Position numbers and translations under genes: made by a program
DNA from: Verrucomicrobiales bacterium
Lineage (GTDB): Bacteria; Verrucomicrobiota; Verrucomicrobiia; Verrucomicrobiales; V1-33
Reading direction: 5' to 3'
Assembly: GCA_035550135.1 (NCBI GenBank)
Contig: DASZQB010000107.1
Span: forward strand, 12,064 to 76,063
DNA length: 64,000 nucleotides
The notes under the pieces: model-generated
Told to the model about the DNA's origin: nothing
The model's input: the letters and a program-made list of their open reading frames with translations, nothing else
Databases searched by the model: none
In this document: positions 1 through 8,603 of the stretch, piece by piece
How positions within the stretch are numbered: the first letter of the stretch is position 1
How the letters are laid out: each line of letters opens with the position of its first letter

Positions 1-1149
1 GTATCCGCCGCCACCACCGCCGCGCATGCCTCTTCCACCGCCCGGACCACCCGGCCGGCGGCCAGCGCCGGGGCCATCCGGCGGAGGCGGCGGGGCATCG
101 GCGGGACGGGCTTCCGGAGCGGCATTGGGAGCAGGCGGGGCTGAAGGCGCGGTCCATGCGGTCTTGCCGTCCGCCGCGTTGAGGCAGAACAATTCATTCC
201 TGGCGCTCAGGCCATAAACGAAACCATCCTTCAATATCGGAGAGTTGAATTGCACGGACACGTCGGGATTTTTCCAAAGCTCTTTGGCGGCATAACCATC
301 GCCTTCCTTTTCCAGTTTCACGGCAGTCGTGCCGCGGTTGGAACCGGTATAAATAATCGTCTGACCGCTCACGATGGGGGTGGCCGCATTGTAGCCGCGG
401 CCTTCGACCTTGAAGGGTGCCTCCCACACCAGTTTGCCGTCCGCAGCATTGAGCGCGACCATCTTCGTCTCCGTTTGGGCCACGACGAGTTTGGCATCGC
501 CAATGGTCATCAGCACCGGCGAGGCGTAGGCCGGAGCATCACCCGTCCATTTCCACTTTTCATCCCCTTTGGCAAGGTCGTAGGCCACGATGCCGCCTTT
601 GTCCCGGCCTCCGACCTGGGCGATACACATGCCATTGAGAATGACCGGCGACGCCGAAGTGTAAAAGCGCGGAAGCGCGCCGGGAAAATCGTCCTTCCGC
701 CATGCCACTTTGCCGGTGGCCGCGTCCAGACACACCAATGCGCCTCTCACTCCGAGCACCACCACCTTTCCTTCAGCAACCGCCGGCGAACAACGCGGAC
801 CGGAGAAACTCCCGGCCGGTCCGTCTGCGCCCTGCGCGTCGTATTTCTCCTTCCAGATTTCATCACCTGTCGCGGCGTTGAGGCAGCGGATGATTTCACC
901 GCCCTCCTGGCGCGCGAAGACATAGAGCTTGTCGCCGACAAGGGAGGGAGTGGCTACGCCGTCGCCAACGGTGACTTTCCATTTTTGAGTCAGCGCTTTT
1001 GGCCATGTTTTGGGAGCCGTAAAGACGGCGGCTTTGCCGTCGCGATTGGGACCGCGCCATTGCGGCCAGTCCTGCGCCTGCACACTGCCGGCACCGCCTG
1101 CGAGCACCGGCCCGGAAATGATAAACATAATGCGCGAAAGCGTTTTCAT
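1..1149 (-). CDS. PQQ-like beta-propeller repeat protein (BamB/PQQ-repeat family), partial: C-terminus lies beyond the window start
   Basis: Absent from the ORF track because the frame has no stop inside the window. My translation of the minus strand from the ATG at 1149-1147 gives MKTLSRIMFIISGPVLAGGAGSVQAQDWPQWRGPNRDGKA... It shows recurring blade motifs (CLNAATGDEIW, CLDAATGKVAW, ALNAADGKLVW, CLNAADGKTAW) and a Pro/Gly-rich tail. The frame is open for 383 codons down to nt 1. Confidence 0.8.
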   Translation of the reverse strand, partial: MKTLSRIMFIISGPVLAGGAGSVQAQDWPQWRGPNRDGKAAVFTAPKTWPKALTQKWKVTVGDGVATPSLVGDKLYVFARQEGGEIIRCLNAATGDEIWKEKYDAQGADGPAGSFSGPRCSPAVAEGKVVVLGVRGALVCLDAATGKVAWRKDDFPGALPRFYTSASPVILNGMCIAQVGGRDKGGIVAYDLAKGDEKWKWTGDAPAYASPVLMTIGDAKLVVAQTETKMVALNAADGKLVWEAPFKVEGRGYNAATPIVSGQTIIYTGSNRGTTAVKLEKEGDGYAAKELWKNPDVSVQFNSPILKDGFVYGLSARNELFCLNAADGKTAWTAPSAPPAPNAAPEARPADAPPPPPDGPGAGRRPGGPGGGRGMRGGGGGGY

Positions 1150-1250
1150 AGTGCCGGCACGGAAGGAAAAACCACCGGGACCGTCAATGAATGCTTGCGG
1201 GCATTCGCGTATGTCCGGTGCAGCTTCCGGAGGGCGTTACCCATTCCTCA

Positions 1251-3758
1251 CTATTCCTGCCGCCCTATCCTCTTCAGCAGACCCGCTCGCAGGCTTTCGG
1301 ATATGGGAGCATTGGTAATGGCGGCGAGGGCTGCGGACTTGTCCAACCCGCGCCATGCGTCCGCGGCGGTGCGGATGGCTTGCTCACGCTTTTCTGTGTC
1401 GGCTATGCTCAAGGCCCATGTGAAGGCGCTCTCGGGATCGGCAATACAAATGCCCTGGCAAAGCGCGGCGGCGGCGGCATCGCGGCTGTCTCCGGCGGAA
1501 AGCTGCTGCACCCATGCGCTGGCGGCCACGGGATCCATATTCGACCATTGACCGGCGATCACACCTGCAGCGTCTTCGCGCGCGGGACCTTCCGGCAGTT
1601 GGGCGACCCAATGGGCGCTGGCATCGGGATCCTGTTGAAACCATGTCTGTGCCAATTGGGAAACGGCGGAGGTGAGCGCCACAGGAAGCTTTTCACCGTT
1701 CTGCGCCGCAAGCATTCCGGAGACCACTTTGGCGCTCTCCGCCGGATCGTTAGCGGACTTTGCCAGAGAAGCCTTGAGCAACGCGATTTCGCGCTCCGCA
1801 CCCTCCGCGGTGGCAGCCCAGGCCATAAGGGCGTCCGGGTCCTGACCCGCCCAGATATCGATGATGCCGTTCATGGCGGACTTCTGCGTCTCGCCATCTG
1901 TCAGGGTCAGCGCCTGAACCATCGCCGCACCAGGATCATTTTCAGCCCAGGTTCTGAGCGTTTCCTGAACGGACTGCCGGCGGGCCGCGGGCGACTCGAT
2001 AGACTGAGCCCATGCGAACGCTGCCGCGGGATCATCGTTCGCCATACTGGTGGCGGTGTCTGCCCAAAGATCCGGCCGGTCCGTGAGGGCGGGCGTTTCC
2101 GCCAGCAGAGCCTTCATTTCCGCCGGGCTTGAATTGGACCAATTGAAGTTGGTGTCGCGCAGCACCGCGGTGCGATCGCTCTCCGGCAGCGTGCGCATCC
2201 ATTGCAGCATTTCGTCGGGCACGCCGCCAAAGGGATCGGATACCATGTTCTTGATGGCGTTGATCCGCATGGCCTGGCCGGGTATTTCGTTGAGGATGGC
2301 GGTCAGTTCCGCGGGACTGCTGAATCCCGTGCTGGTTGCGCAGGAGGCCAATGCCATGGCGCGCTCCCGCGGATTTTCGATGGTGCGTGCAAACGCCAGC
2401 GCTCCCCCGGGTTCATTGTACGCCCACGTGCCGACGAGCGTTTGAAGATGATCGCGCTGCATGTCCGCCGGAAGACCCCGCCATGCAGCGAGGGCTGCCT
2501 GACCTCCCTGGGTGCCGAGAACCCCGAGAACACAGCCGATAGCGTTTGACTGGCTTCGGCGGGAGGGCAATTCTTTGGCCCACTGCAGCGCCGCCGCCGG
2601 GTCCTGCTGCGCCCATGCCTGCGCCACATTCGCATAGCCACTGCTTTTCTGAGCCGGGGAAAGGGACGAGTTGCGAAGGGATGCTGCAGCGGCCAGAGGG
2701 TCCTGTGTGGCCCAGGTTTGATAGATGGTATCGATGATTCCCCGACGGGTTGCGTTCTGCGGCATAGCCTCGACGGCATGCAGCGCAGCCATTGGGTCGG
2801 CCTGGGTCCAGTGGTAAATGACGGAATTCATCGCTGCGTTCCGGTCGCCGGTATTTGTCAGGGCCAGAGCTGCCGCATGCGCTTTGGCGGGATCTTCCTG
2901 AGCCCATACCGAAAAGACCGTGGCCACGCTGTGATTCTTTATGCTGCCCTCCGTCGGAAGACCCAGCGCGAGAGTGAGCGCTCCCCGCGGGTCGCTGGCG
3001 GCGCGCACACTCATTACGGCCTGAATTGCCAGACTGCGACTTCCCCGCGGCAGTGACAACGCCCGCTGCCACGCCTCCTCCGGATCACGCAGCGCCCACG
3101 CCCGGAATACCGTGGCGTGATGGCCATCGACCCGGTTAAGGCCGAGCGACTCAAGTATCTCCAGAGCCTGCTCCGGATCGGTTTCGGAAAGCACCGGCGT
3201 CAGAGTGGTAATGGCATTTCTCCGCTCAAGATGATTGGTGATGGTGCGCAAATGCGCGACCGCCTTTTGCGGATCATCGGCGGCGAGCTGCTCCAGAATC
3301 TCCATGCGCGCGCGAGAGGCACGGTTCCTGGGCAGGCCCGCCGCCCATTTGAAGGCCGCTGGCGCATCCTTCTCCGCCCAAAGCTGCAGCAGGGTATGGT
3401 GCACCGCGTCCTCGTACCACTCCAAAACAGACTTTTTTGGGAACTCCGCCATCAGTGTGGCAATCTGCGCCGACGGCGCCTCCTGCAATGCCGCGGCCAG
3501 GTGTCGCCGCGCCCGCGACCGTGAACGCGCCGCCTTTGCCATGCGATACAGCCCGTCCAGCGAGCCATCAAAAGCCAAACCCTTCGCCCCCTTTCCCGTC
3601 GTTACCGTCACCGGTGCGTTTGATGCCGCCGGAGATTCCTTCGATTTGTCAGTGCCGCCGGAAGCGGAAGCGGGCGGTGCAAGGAGCCGCTGTGTGAAAA
3701 CCCCGCCTCCAAAGACGGCGGCATAAGTGAGAAGGCGCAGAATCGGAACGGGCTTCAT
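1251..3758 (-). CDS. N-terminally anchored helical-repeat protein (HEAT/ARM-like 'W-x-x-x-DP-x-x-A-x-x-W...LP' repeats), paralog 1
   Basis: The 846-aa track ORF starts at a TTG (3791). I prefer the ATG at 3758 (MKPVPILRLLTYAAVFGGGVF, a hydrophobic anchor). More than 15 degenerate repeats such as WAEKDAPAAFKWAAGLP, WAQEDPAKAHAAALAL, WATQDPLAAAASL, WAQQDPAAALQWAKELP and WFQQDPDASAHWVAQLP. Confidence 0.75.
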   Translation of the reverse strand: MKPVPILRLLTYAAVFGGGVFTQRLLAPPASASGGTDKSKESPAASNAPVTVTTGKGAKGLAFDGSLDGLYRMAKAARSRSRARRHLAAALQEAPSAQIATLMAEFPKKSVLEWYEDAVHHTLLQLWAEKDAPAAFKWAAGLPRNRASRARMEILEQLAADDPQKAVAHLRTITNHLERRNAITTLTPVLSETDPEQALEILESLGLNRVDGHHATVFRAWALRDPEEAWQRALSLPRGSRSLAIQAVMSVRAASDPRGALTLALGLPTEGSIKNHSVATVFSVWAQEDPAKAHAAALALTNTGDRNAAMNSVIYHWTQADPMAALHAVEAMPQNATRRGIIDTIYQTWATQDPLAAAASLRNSSLSPAQKSSGYANVAQAWAQQDPAAALQWAKELPSRRSQSNAIGCVLGVLGTQGGQAALAAWRGLPADMQRDHLQTLVGTWAYNEPGGALAFARTIENPRERAMALASCATSTGFSSPAELTAILNEIPGQAMRINAIKNMVSDPFGGVPDEMLQWMRTLPESDRTAVLRDTNFNWSNSSPAEMKALLAETPALTDRPDLWADTATSMANDDPAAAFAWAQSIESPAARRQSVQETLRTWAENDPGAAMVQALTLTDGETQKSAMNGIIDIWAGQDPDALMAWAATAEGAEREIALLKASLAKSANDPAESAKVVSGMLAAQNGEKLPVALTSAVSQLAQTWFQQDPDASAHWVAQLPEGPAREDAAGVIAGQWSNMDPVAASAWVQQLSAGDSRDAAAAALCQGICIADPESAFTWALSIADTEKREQAIRTAADAWRGLDKSAALAAITNAPISESLRAGLLKRIGRQE

Positions 3759-3849
3759 TTGCGAAAAATATAGCACTCCCGTCACTGACAATGCCAGACG
3801 AATTCAGGAAAGCATGTTAGCGCCCGGCCCGGCGCCCTCCGGTGGAGAA

Positions 3850-4830
3850 CTACTTGTCCTTTACGCCAAACATCTTCGCTCCCATTTCCATCTGCATCTT
3901 TACCATGTTTACCTGCTGTTCCTGGCTCTGGCGAAAGATCTCCAGTTGCGCCGGCGAGAGGATGCTCGAAGCGCGCGCGGCAATTTTTTCGTTCAATTGC
4001 CCGTACTCCTGGTGGAACCGCTCCGTGTTTTCCTCCGTAAAGCGCGCAAGGTCTGTATTGCGCTGGTCGATATAACTGCTGGCGAAGGGAAACTTCTGCC
4101 GCTCCTGATACATGGCGTCCATCAGCTTCGCCTCCGTCGCCTCGTCCATGCCCAGTTCTTTGCTGGTAAGCATATTGTTGAACGTCTTGAGCTGCATGCG
4201 CTCCATCGTCGAGTCTTCGTAGCGCTTCACCTTGTCATAGTCCTCCTTGCCGAGCAGGTCTTTGATCTGCTGCTCGATCTCCGCGACCTTCGTCTTTACC
4301 TCCTCCGCCGCCGCTTTTTTCTCCTCTTTCGTTTTGTCCCCGGCCATCATCGCAAAACCGGCTTCCATTCCCGCTGTGGCTTTGTCCGTGATCAGCTTTT
4401 CAAACTTCGAGCGCTGCGGCTCCTTGAGGTCAAGGAGGTCAAAAAGATCGCGATACACCATATCGATTCCCATCCGCGCCTGATTCTTCATCATATCCCG
4501 CATTTTCGGGTCCGTCATCATCTTCGCCAGGTTCTCCGCCATCGCCGCTCCGGCGTCCGTTTTCTTTTTCGCGGCCGAACCACCCGTGGTTTTCGCATCG
4601 TTTTCCGCAGTGGCGGCAACGGTCCTTTCCTCGATCTTCTTTTTCAGCGCCTGAACCTCATCCACCAATTTTCTGTTGGAGGCCTGGCCCTTCGCCGACT
4701 GAGTGATGGCCGCGGCCTCCAAATCAGCCACCTGCCCCTCAAGCTGGGTGCGCTGCATATGTTCCCACACAGCCCACGCTCCCAGTCCGAGAGAGGCCAC
4801 CGCCAGCAGCAGGATGGAAATACGATTCAT
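3850..4830 (-). CDS. signal-anchored Met/Lys/Glu-rich coiled-coil protein, function unknown
   Basis: ATG at 4830. N-terminus MNRISILLLAVASLGLGAWAV, then long charged helical sequence. Clean ORF co-directional with its neighbours. The 411-aa plus-strand ORF opposite it is Arg/Leu-rich nonsense. Confidence 0.7.
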   Translation of the reverse strand: MNRISILLLAVASLGLGAWAVWEHMQRTQLEGQVADLEAAAITQSAKGQASNRKLVDEVQALKKKIEERTVAATAENDAKTTGGSAAKKKTDAGAAMAENLAKMMTDPKMRDMMKNQARMGIDMVYRDLFDLLDLKEPQRSKFEKLITDKATAGMEAGFAMMAGDKTKEEKKAAAEEVKTKVAEIEQQIKDLLGKEDYDKVKRYEDSTMERMQLKTFNNMLTSKELGMDEATEAKLMDAMYQERQKFPFASSYIDQRNTDLARFTEENTERFHQEYGQLNEKIAARASSILSPAQLEIFRQSQEQQVNMVKMQMEMGAKMFGVKDK

Positions 4831-4908
4831 AAGGCACAGAGACGCGGGGTTGCGCGCGCCGGATTTACCGGTTCACGAACAAACCCGGATCTGCAACGGC
4901 GGATCAAG

Positions 4909-6807
4909 TCAGCGCGGCGGGGCGCCGTCCCGCAGCCGGTAGAAGCGCCGCGGGCCATTTAACGGTGCGGTGAAATTCTGTGAAGGCGTCGTCGCCAGTT
5001 CGCCCCATGGTCCAGCAGGGCTGGTGGCTGTAAAGATGCGGAAGGGGGGCGTGCCGCCGGTCCACTGAAGCTTTATGCCGGCGGGGTCGGACATGATGTT
5101 GAATCCCTCGAGCGCGGGTGACGGACTCACGGTGGCCAGCGTGGCCGAAAACGGAGTGGTGACATCCTGAACGTTAAACTGCCGGTAGGTGGCGGCTGCG
5201 GTCACTCTGCCCAACTCCTCCTGAGTCAAATGAAGTGCGGTCAGATCAAACGTGAATTCACCGTCCTCCGGATTGATATCCCACTCACTGTCCACTTCCC
5301 ACGTCCCAAGAAACGAACGTCCCTGTGGATTCGGCGGAGCCTGAGCCAGCCCATATGTGTCCGCAATGTATAAATCGATAAACGGGCCCTTCACATCATC
5401 GCTCTCTTTCTTCGGTTGCGCGCGTCCTGACAAAAAGTTGACCGTGGAGATTGGATCAATCGTCACCGCGGGCAACGTGGGATCGGCCATGACATCGGCA
5501 TACAGCAGTGAGGCCGCCACCGGGGCCGTGGTGGTATCCAATGGAATGCCGCCGAAGTTGTTGACGAGTTCGTTGCGGCGCACACTGATCGCCGCGGGCT
5601 TGCTTTCCCCATCGTTGTTGTTGTTATGCCATCCGATGAAGCTCCCCCCAAGGCCGTGGATGTGGTTTCCCTCGTTGGCGTCGCCCGTGCCATTCATATC
5701 CGAGCCGATGCGCACGCTGGAATTTTTGCGCACGCTCACCAAATGCGTCGCCGGCAAACTGAAGGCCGGCAGCCCGTCGATCCCCATACCCACATAGTTG
5801 CCTGCGAACACCACGCCCGGCGATGAGCCCCAGAATTCCACCACGGTATCATAGACCACCGGTCCGATGATGTTTCCTTCGTCAGCATCACCGGTGCCAT
5901 TGCCGTCCGTGCCTATGATCATTCCGGTTCCGTCGCCGTTTTCGATTGCCTCCATGGAGCCGTCCTCAAGTGCCAGGCCCTGCGTGGCCGGGTTCAGCAT
6001 CGTGCCGTCGGGAAACACATTGAACCAATTGCCGGAAACGCGCACCGCAGGCGTTTGCAAATGCACCGCCAGCCGTTGAGCCACGCAGAGATTTCCTTCG
6101 CCGCGGTCGCCATTACCGTCCCCGTCATTGCCGAAAACGAGTCCCGCGCTGTTGAAAGTATCCCATTTGAAAGAAGCGATTGCACTGCGCGCCCCATACA
6201 CACCCGCCACTACTCCGTTTTCCCCCGGCACCCAGTTGGGCATCCCAGGATCGAGACCAAACCAGCAGCCCTGCACCTTGGAGCCGGAGCATTCCTTGAT
6301 CATCGCGATATTATAGACATACGCATCCGCCGAATTATCCATGCCCGCCACGCCGATAAAGGCCAGACCGCGGATGCGCGTCCCGTGCGCGTCCATGAGT
6401 CCCAGCACGCAACTCTCGGAGGTGCCAAAGCCCGGAAAATCGATCACCCGCCGCTTCGCCCCCGCCGTTTCCGTACGGCTGTCGAGCACGATTTGCAGAA
6501 TCGCGTTGTTATGTTCGCGCAATCCCGCTGTATTGGCCGACGATCCGGGCTGCGAATAGCCATCGATAAAAACACCGTTTTTCTCGATGAGCGGATAGCC
6601 CGCGTCAGGCGTCACGATGTAATGCGGCCCCACCCCGGGGATGTTGAAGGAGATCGTCTCTCCGTCCGTTACGTTGGTCAGGGCTTCGAGGAGAGACGTT
6701 TGTCCGTCCGCCGCGGTGCTGTTATTATCCGCCGTGGTGACCACAGCGGCGCGCAGGGGCAGGGCGCAGAACACAAGTCCCGCAAAAGCAAATGGTAGGC
6801 TTTTCAT
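4909..6807 (-). CDS. secreted right-handed beta-helix-like protein with Asp/Gly/Asn-rich repeats
   Basis: The track ORF (951 aa) over-extends across the opposite MBL gene. The real start is probably MKSLPFAFAGLVFCALPLRAAV (ATG 6807; alternative MPHM at 6816). N-terminal TSLLEALTNVTDGETISFNI resembles CSLREA-type beta-helix starts. Repeats include GNDGDGNGDRGEGN, GTDGNGTGDADEGN and GSDMNGTGDANEGN. The C-terminus ends ...RRFYRLRDGAPPR. Confidence 0.7.
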   Translation of the reverse strand: MKSLPFAFAGLVFCALPLRAAVVTTADNNSTAADGQTSLLEALTNVTDGETISFNIPGVGPHYIVTPDAGYPLIEKNGVFIDGYSQPGSSANTAGLREHNNAILQIVLDSRTETAGAKRRVIDFPGFGTSESCVLGLMDAHGTRIRGLAFIGVAGMDNSADAYVYNIAMIKECSGSKVQGCWFGLDPGMPNWVPGENGVVAGVYGARSAIASFKWDTFNSAGLVFGNDGDGNGDRGEGNLCVAQRLAVHLQTPAVRVSGNWFNVFPDGTMLNPATQGLALEDGSMEAIENGDGTGMIIGTDGNGTGDADEGNIIGPVVYDTVVEFWGSSPGVVFAGNYVGMGIDGLPAFSLPATHLVSVRKNSSVRIGSDMNGTGDANEGNHIHGLGGSFIGWHNNNNDGESKPAAISVRRNELVNNFGGIPLDTTTAPVAASLLYADVMADPTLPAVTIDPISTVNFLSGRAQPKKESDDVKGPFIDLYIADTYGLAQAPPNPQGRSFLGTWEVDSEWDINPEDGEFTFDLTALHLTQEELGRVTAAATYRQFNVQDVTTPFSATLATVSPSPALEGFNIMSDPAGIKLQWTGGTPPFRIFTATSPAGPWGELATTPSQNFTAPLNGPRRFYRLRDGAPPR

Positions 6808-6972
6808 GTGCGGCATCGTAACCGGCAATGCCGCGCTATCAAGTGCCCCGTCCGGTGTCTGCGCTCCCATTCCCCGCCTTCCGCACGCCTTCGCATTTCC
6901 CCCGGTTGCCTGCCAACCCCGTTGCAAGGCCCCGGAATTGCATGGAAGGTGTACCATCCTCATTGCCCTCTC

Positions 6973-7959
6973 ATGGCCGACCGCCCCGAGAAACACCCAG
7001 TCACCCGCAAAGAATCTCCCCAGCCGAACGGAGAATCGCTCATCGTTCTTCCGGGCGAAGAAAACCACCGGGGACAGCGGGTTGGGTTGAAACCCGTAAA
7101 GGGCTGGAGCCGCCGGAATTACCACTTCGTGCGTCACATCATGCTCCCGCAGATGTTTTCCCTGCGCACCGGCACGCCGCTCCGGCCCGACCTCCTCTCC
7201 CATGCAGGACCGGAATTTCAGGTCACTTGGATCGGGCACGCTTCGTTTTTGATCCAAACGGAGGGGATCAACTTTCTCGTGGACCCGGTGTGGTCGAACT
7301 GGCTCGGACCGCTCAAACGCGTGCGCCATGCGGGACTCGCCATTGAGGACCTGCCGCCCATCCACGCGGTGCTCATCACGCATGCGCATTTCGATCACCT
7401 GCATCTGCGCGGTCTGAAACGCATCGGGCAGGGACAGCCGATCATTGTGCCGCGCGGCGTAGGACGGCTGGTCAGGAGTTCCGGATTCGGTGAGGTCGTG
7501 GAGATGGATCTTTGGGAAAAAGTGGAGTGCGGCCCGCTGGAAATCACTTTCACGCCCTCCAAACACTGGGGCGCCCGCACCGTGCACGATACCCATCGTG
7601 GCTTTGGCGGTTATCTCATTCGCAACCAATCGGGCCGCACTGTTTATCATTGCGGTGACAGCGCTTATTTTGACGGTTTTATCAAAATCGGCGAACACAG
7701 CTCCATCCATCTCGCCATCCTTCCCATCGGTGCCTATGGCGCGATGAGCGGCCGGCAGGTCCATATGAATCCGGAGGAAGCCCTAACCGCTTTTGGCGAC
7801 CTGCGCGCCGGCCACATGGTGCCCATGCATTACGGCACGTTTCCTCTCGGCTGCGAACCCATGGACGAACCCCTGCGCCGTCTCCGCGCCGCCAGTTCGG
7901 AACGCGGCCTCGACGCCTCCCTAACTATCCTGACGGAAGGCCATCCGGCGACATTTTGA
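6973..7959 (+). CDS. MBL-fold metallo-hydrolase (NAPE-PLD-like subgroup)
   Basis: HxHxDH motif (ITHAHFDHLH), plus downstream HCGDSAY and PMHYGTF motifs typical of the beta-lactamase fold. The start is uncertain: I chose the ATG at 6973 (MADRPEK), while the track start at 6808 overlaps the divergent gene. Confidence 0.8.
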   Translation: MADRPEKHPVTRKESPQPNGESLIVLPGEENHRGQRVGLKPVKGWSRRNYHFVRHIMLPQMFSLRTGTPLRPDLLSHAGPEFQVTWIGHASFLIQTEGINFLVDPVWSNWLGPLKRVRHAGLAIEDLPPIHAVLITHAHFDHLHLRGLKRIGQGQPIIVPRGVGRLVRSSGFGEVVEMDLWEKVECGPLEITFTPSKHWGARTVHDTHRGFGGYLIRNQSGRTVYHCGDSAYFDGFIKIGEHSSIHLAILPIGAYGAMSGRQVHMNPEEALTAFGDLRAGHMVPMHYGTFPLGCEPMDEPLRRLRAASSERGLDASLTILTEGHPATF

Positions 7960-7963
7960 TTTG

Positions 7964-8593
7964 ATGAACTCCCGGATCCTGTTTTCGATTGCTGTGTGGC
8001 TCTGCGGAATTTCCGCTTCCTTCGCTCAGGAAAAGACCGTGCCTGCGCCGTCACCTTCCGCGGCCCCCGCCGTTTCACCCCCTGCCGCGCAAAAACGAAC
8101 TTTTGTCAGGCCTAACGTGCCCGCCGCTCTTTTCACACCGGAAAAAACCGCTCTTCTTGAACCGGAATGTGAGCGCATCGCCTCTTTTCTCGCGCGCTAT
8201 GCCGCTGAAAAGTATACGGCCGGCGTTCTGCGCGGTGAAGCCACCGCCGTCTCTCAGGGCCGTCTGTTCCTCACCATTTCCCTGCATCTCCAGCCCCTGA
8301 ATGCCTCCGCCGTCCATTGCACCACCCGGTGGATCGATGGCAAGGAGCCATCCCTTCCTGCACCGGGCGATAACCTGCGCGTCTTCTCCGGATTTCTCCT
8401 TTCCGCCGCCAAACGTCAGGCGGATAAATCCACACCGGCCCGCGAAGCCCTCGGGCGCATCCTCACCCGCCTCGCCGCCGATCTCGATCCCGGAAACGAA
8501 GATGCCGTTTACGCCAGCGAAATCCAGGATCGCGATGATAAGACCCCGCCTCTCAAGGAACTTCTCAGCGGCACGCTGGGACGCGGCTGGTAA
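7964..8593 (+). CDS. hypothetical secreted protein
   Basis: The track start is a TTG at 7961. The ATG at 7964 gives MNSRILFSIAVWLCGISASFAQE, a signal peptide. It begins 5 nt after the MBL stop. Confidence 0.6.
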   Translation: MNSRILFSIAVWLCGISASFAQEKTVPAPSPSAAPAVSPPAAQKRTFVRPNVPAALFTPEKTALLEPECERIASFLARYAAEKYTAGVLRGEATAVSQGRLFLTISLHLQPLNASAVHCTTRWIDGKEPSLPAPGDNLRVFSGFLLSAAKRQADKSTPAREALGRILTRLAADLDPGNEDAVYASEIQDRDDKTPPLKELLSGTLGRGW

Positions 8594-8603
8594 GCGTCAT
8601 TTG

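Noticed and set aside
250-1551. 433-aa plus-strand ORF at the window start
   Set aside because: Arg/Gly/His-rich nonsense translation. It lies antisense to a convincing PQQ-propeller reading frame (1-1149, minus) and to the 3' end of gene 1251-3758, so it is a typical GC-rich shadow ORF.
3727-4962. 411-aa plus-strand ORF
   Set aside because: Leu/Arg/His-rich low-complexity translation opposite the well-formed 3850-4830 gene. Shadow frame.
6808-7764. N-terminal ~320 aa of the 951-aa minus ORF (4909-7764)
   Set aside because: It overlaps the MBL-fold hydrolase gene on the other strand and has no protein-like features. A signal peptide begins at the internal Met at 6807, so the gene was shortened.
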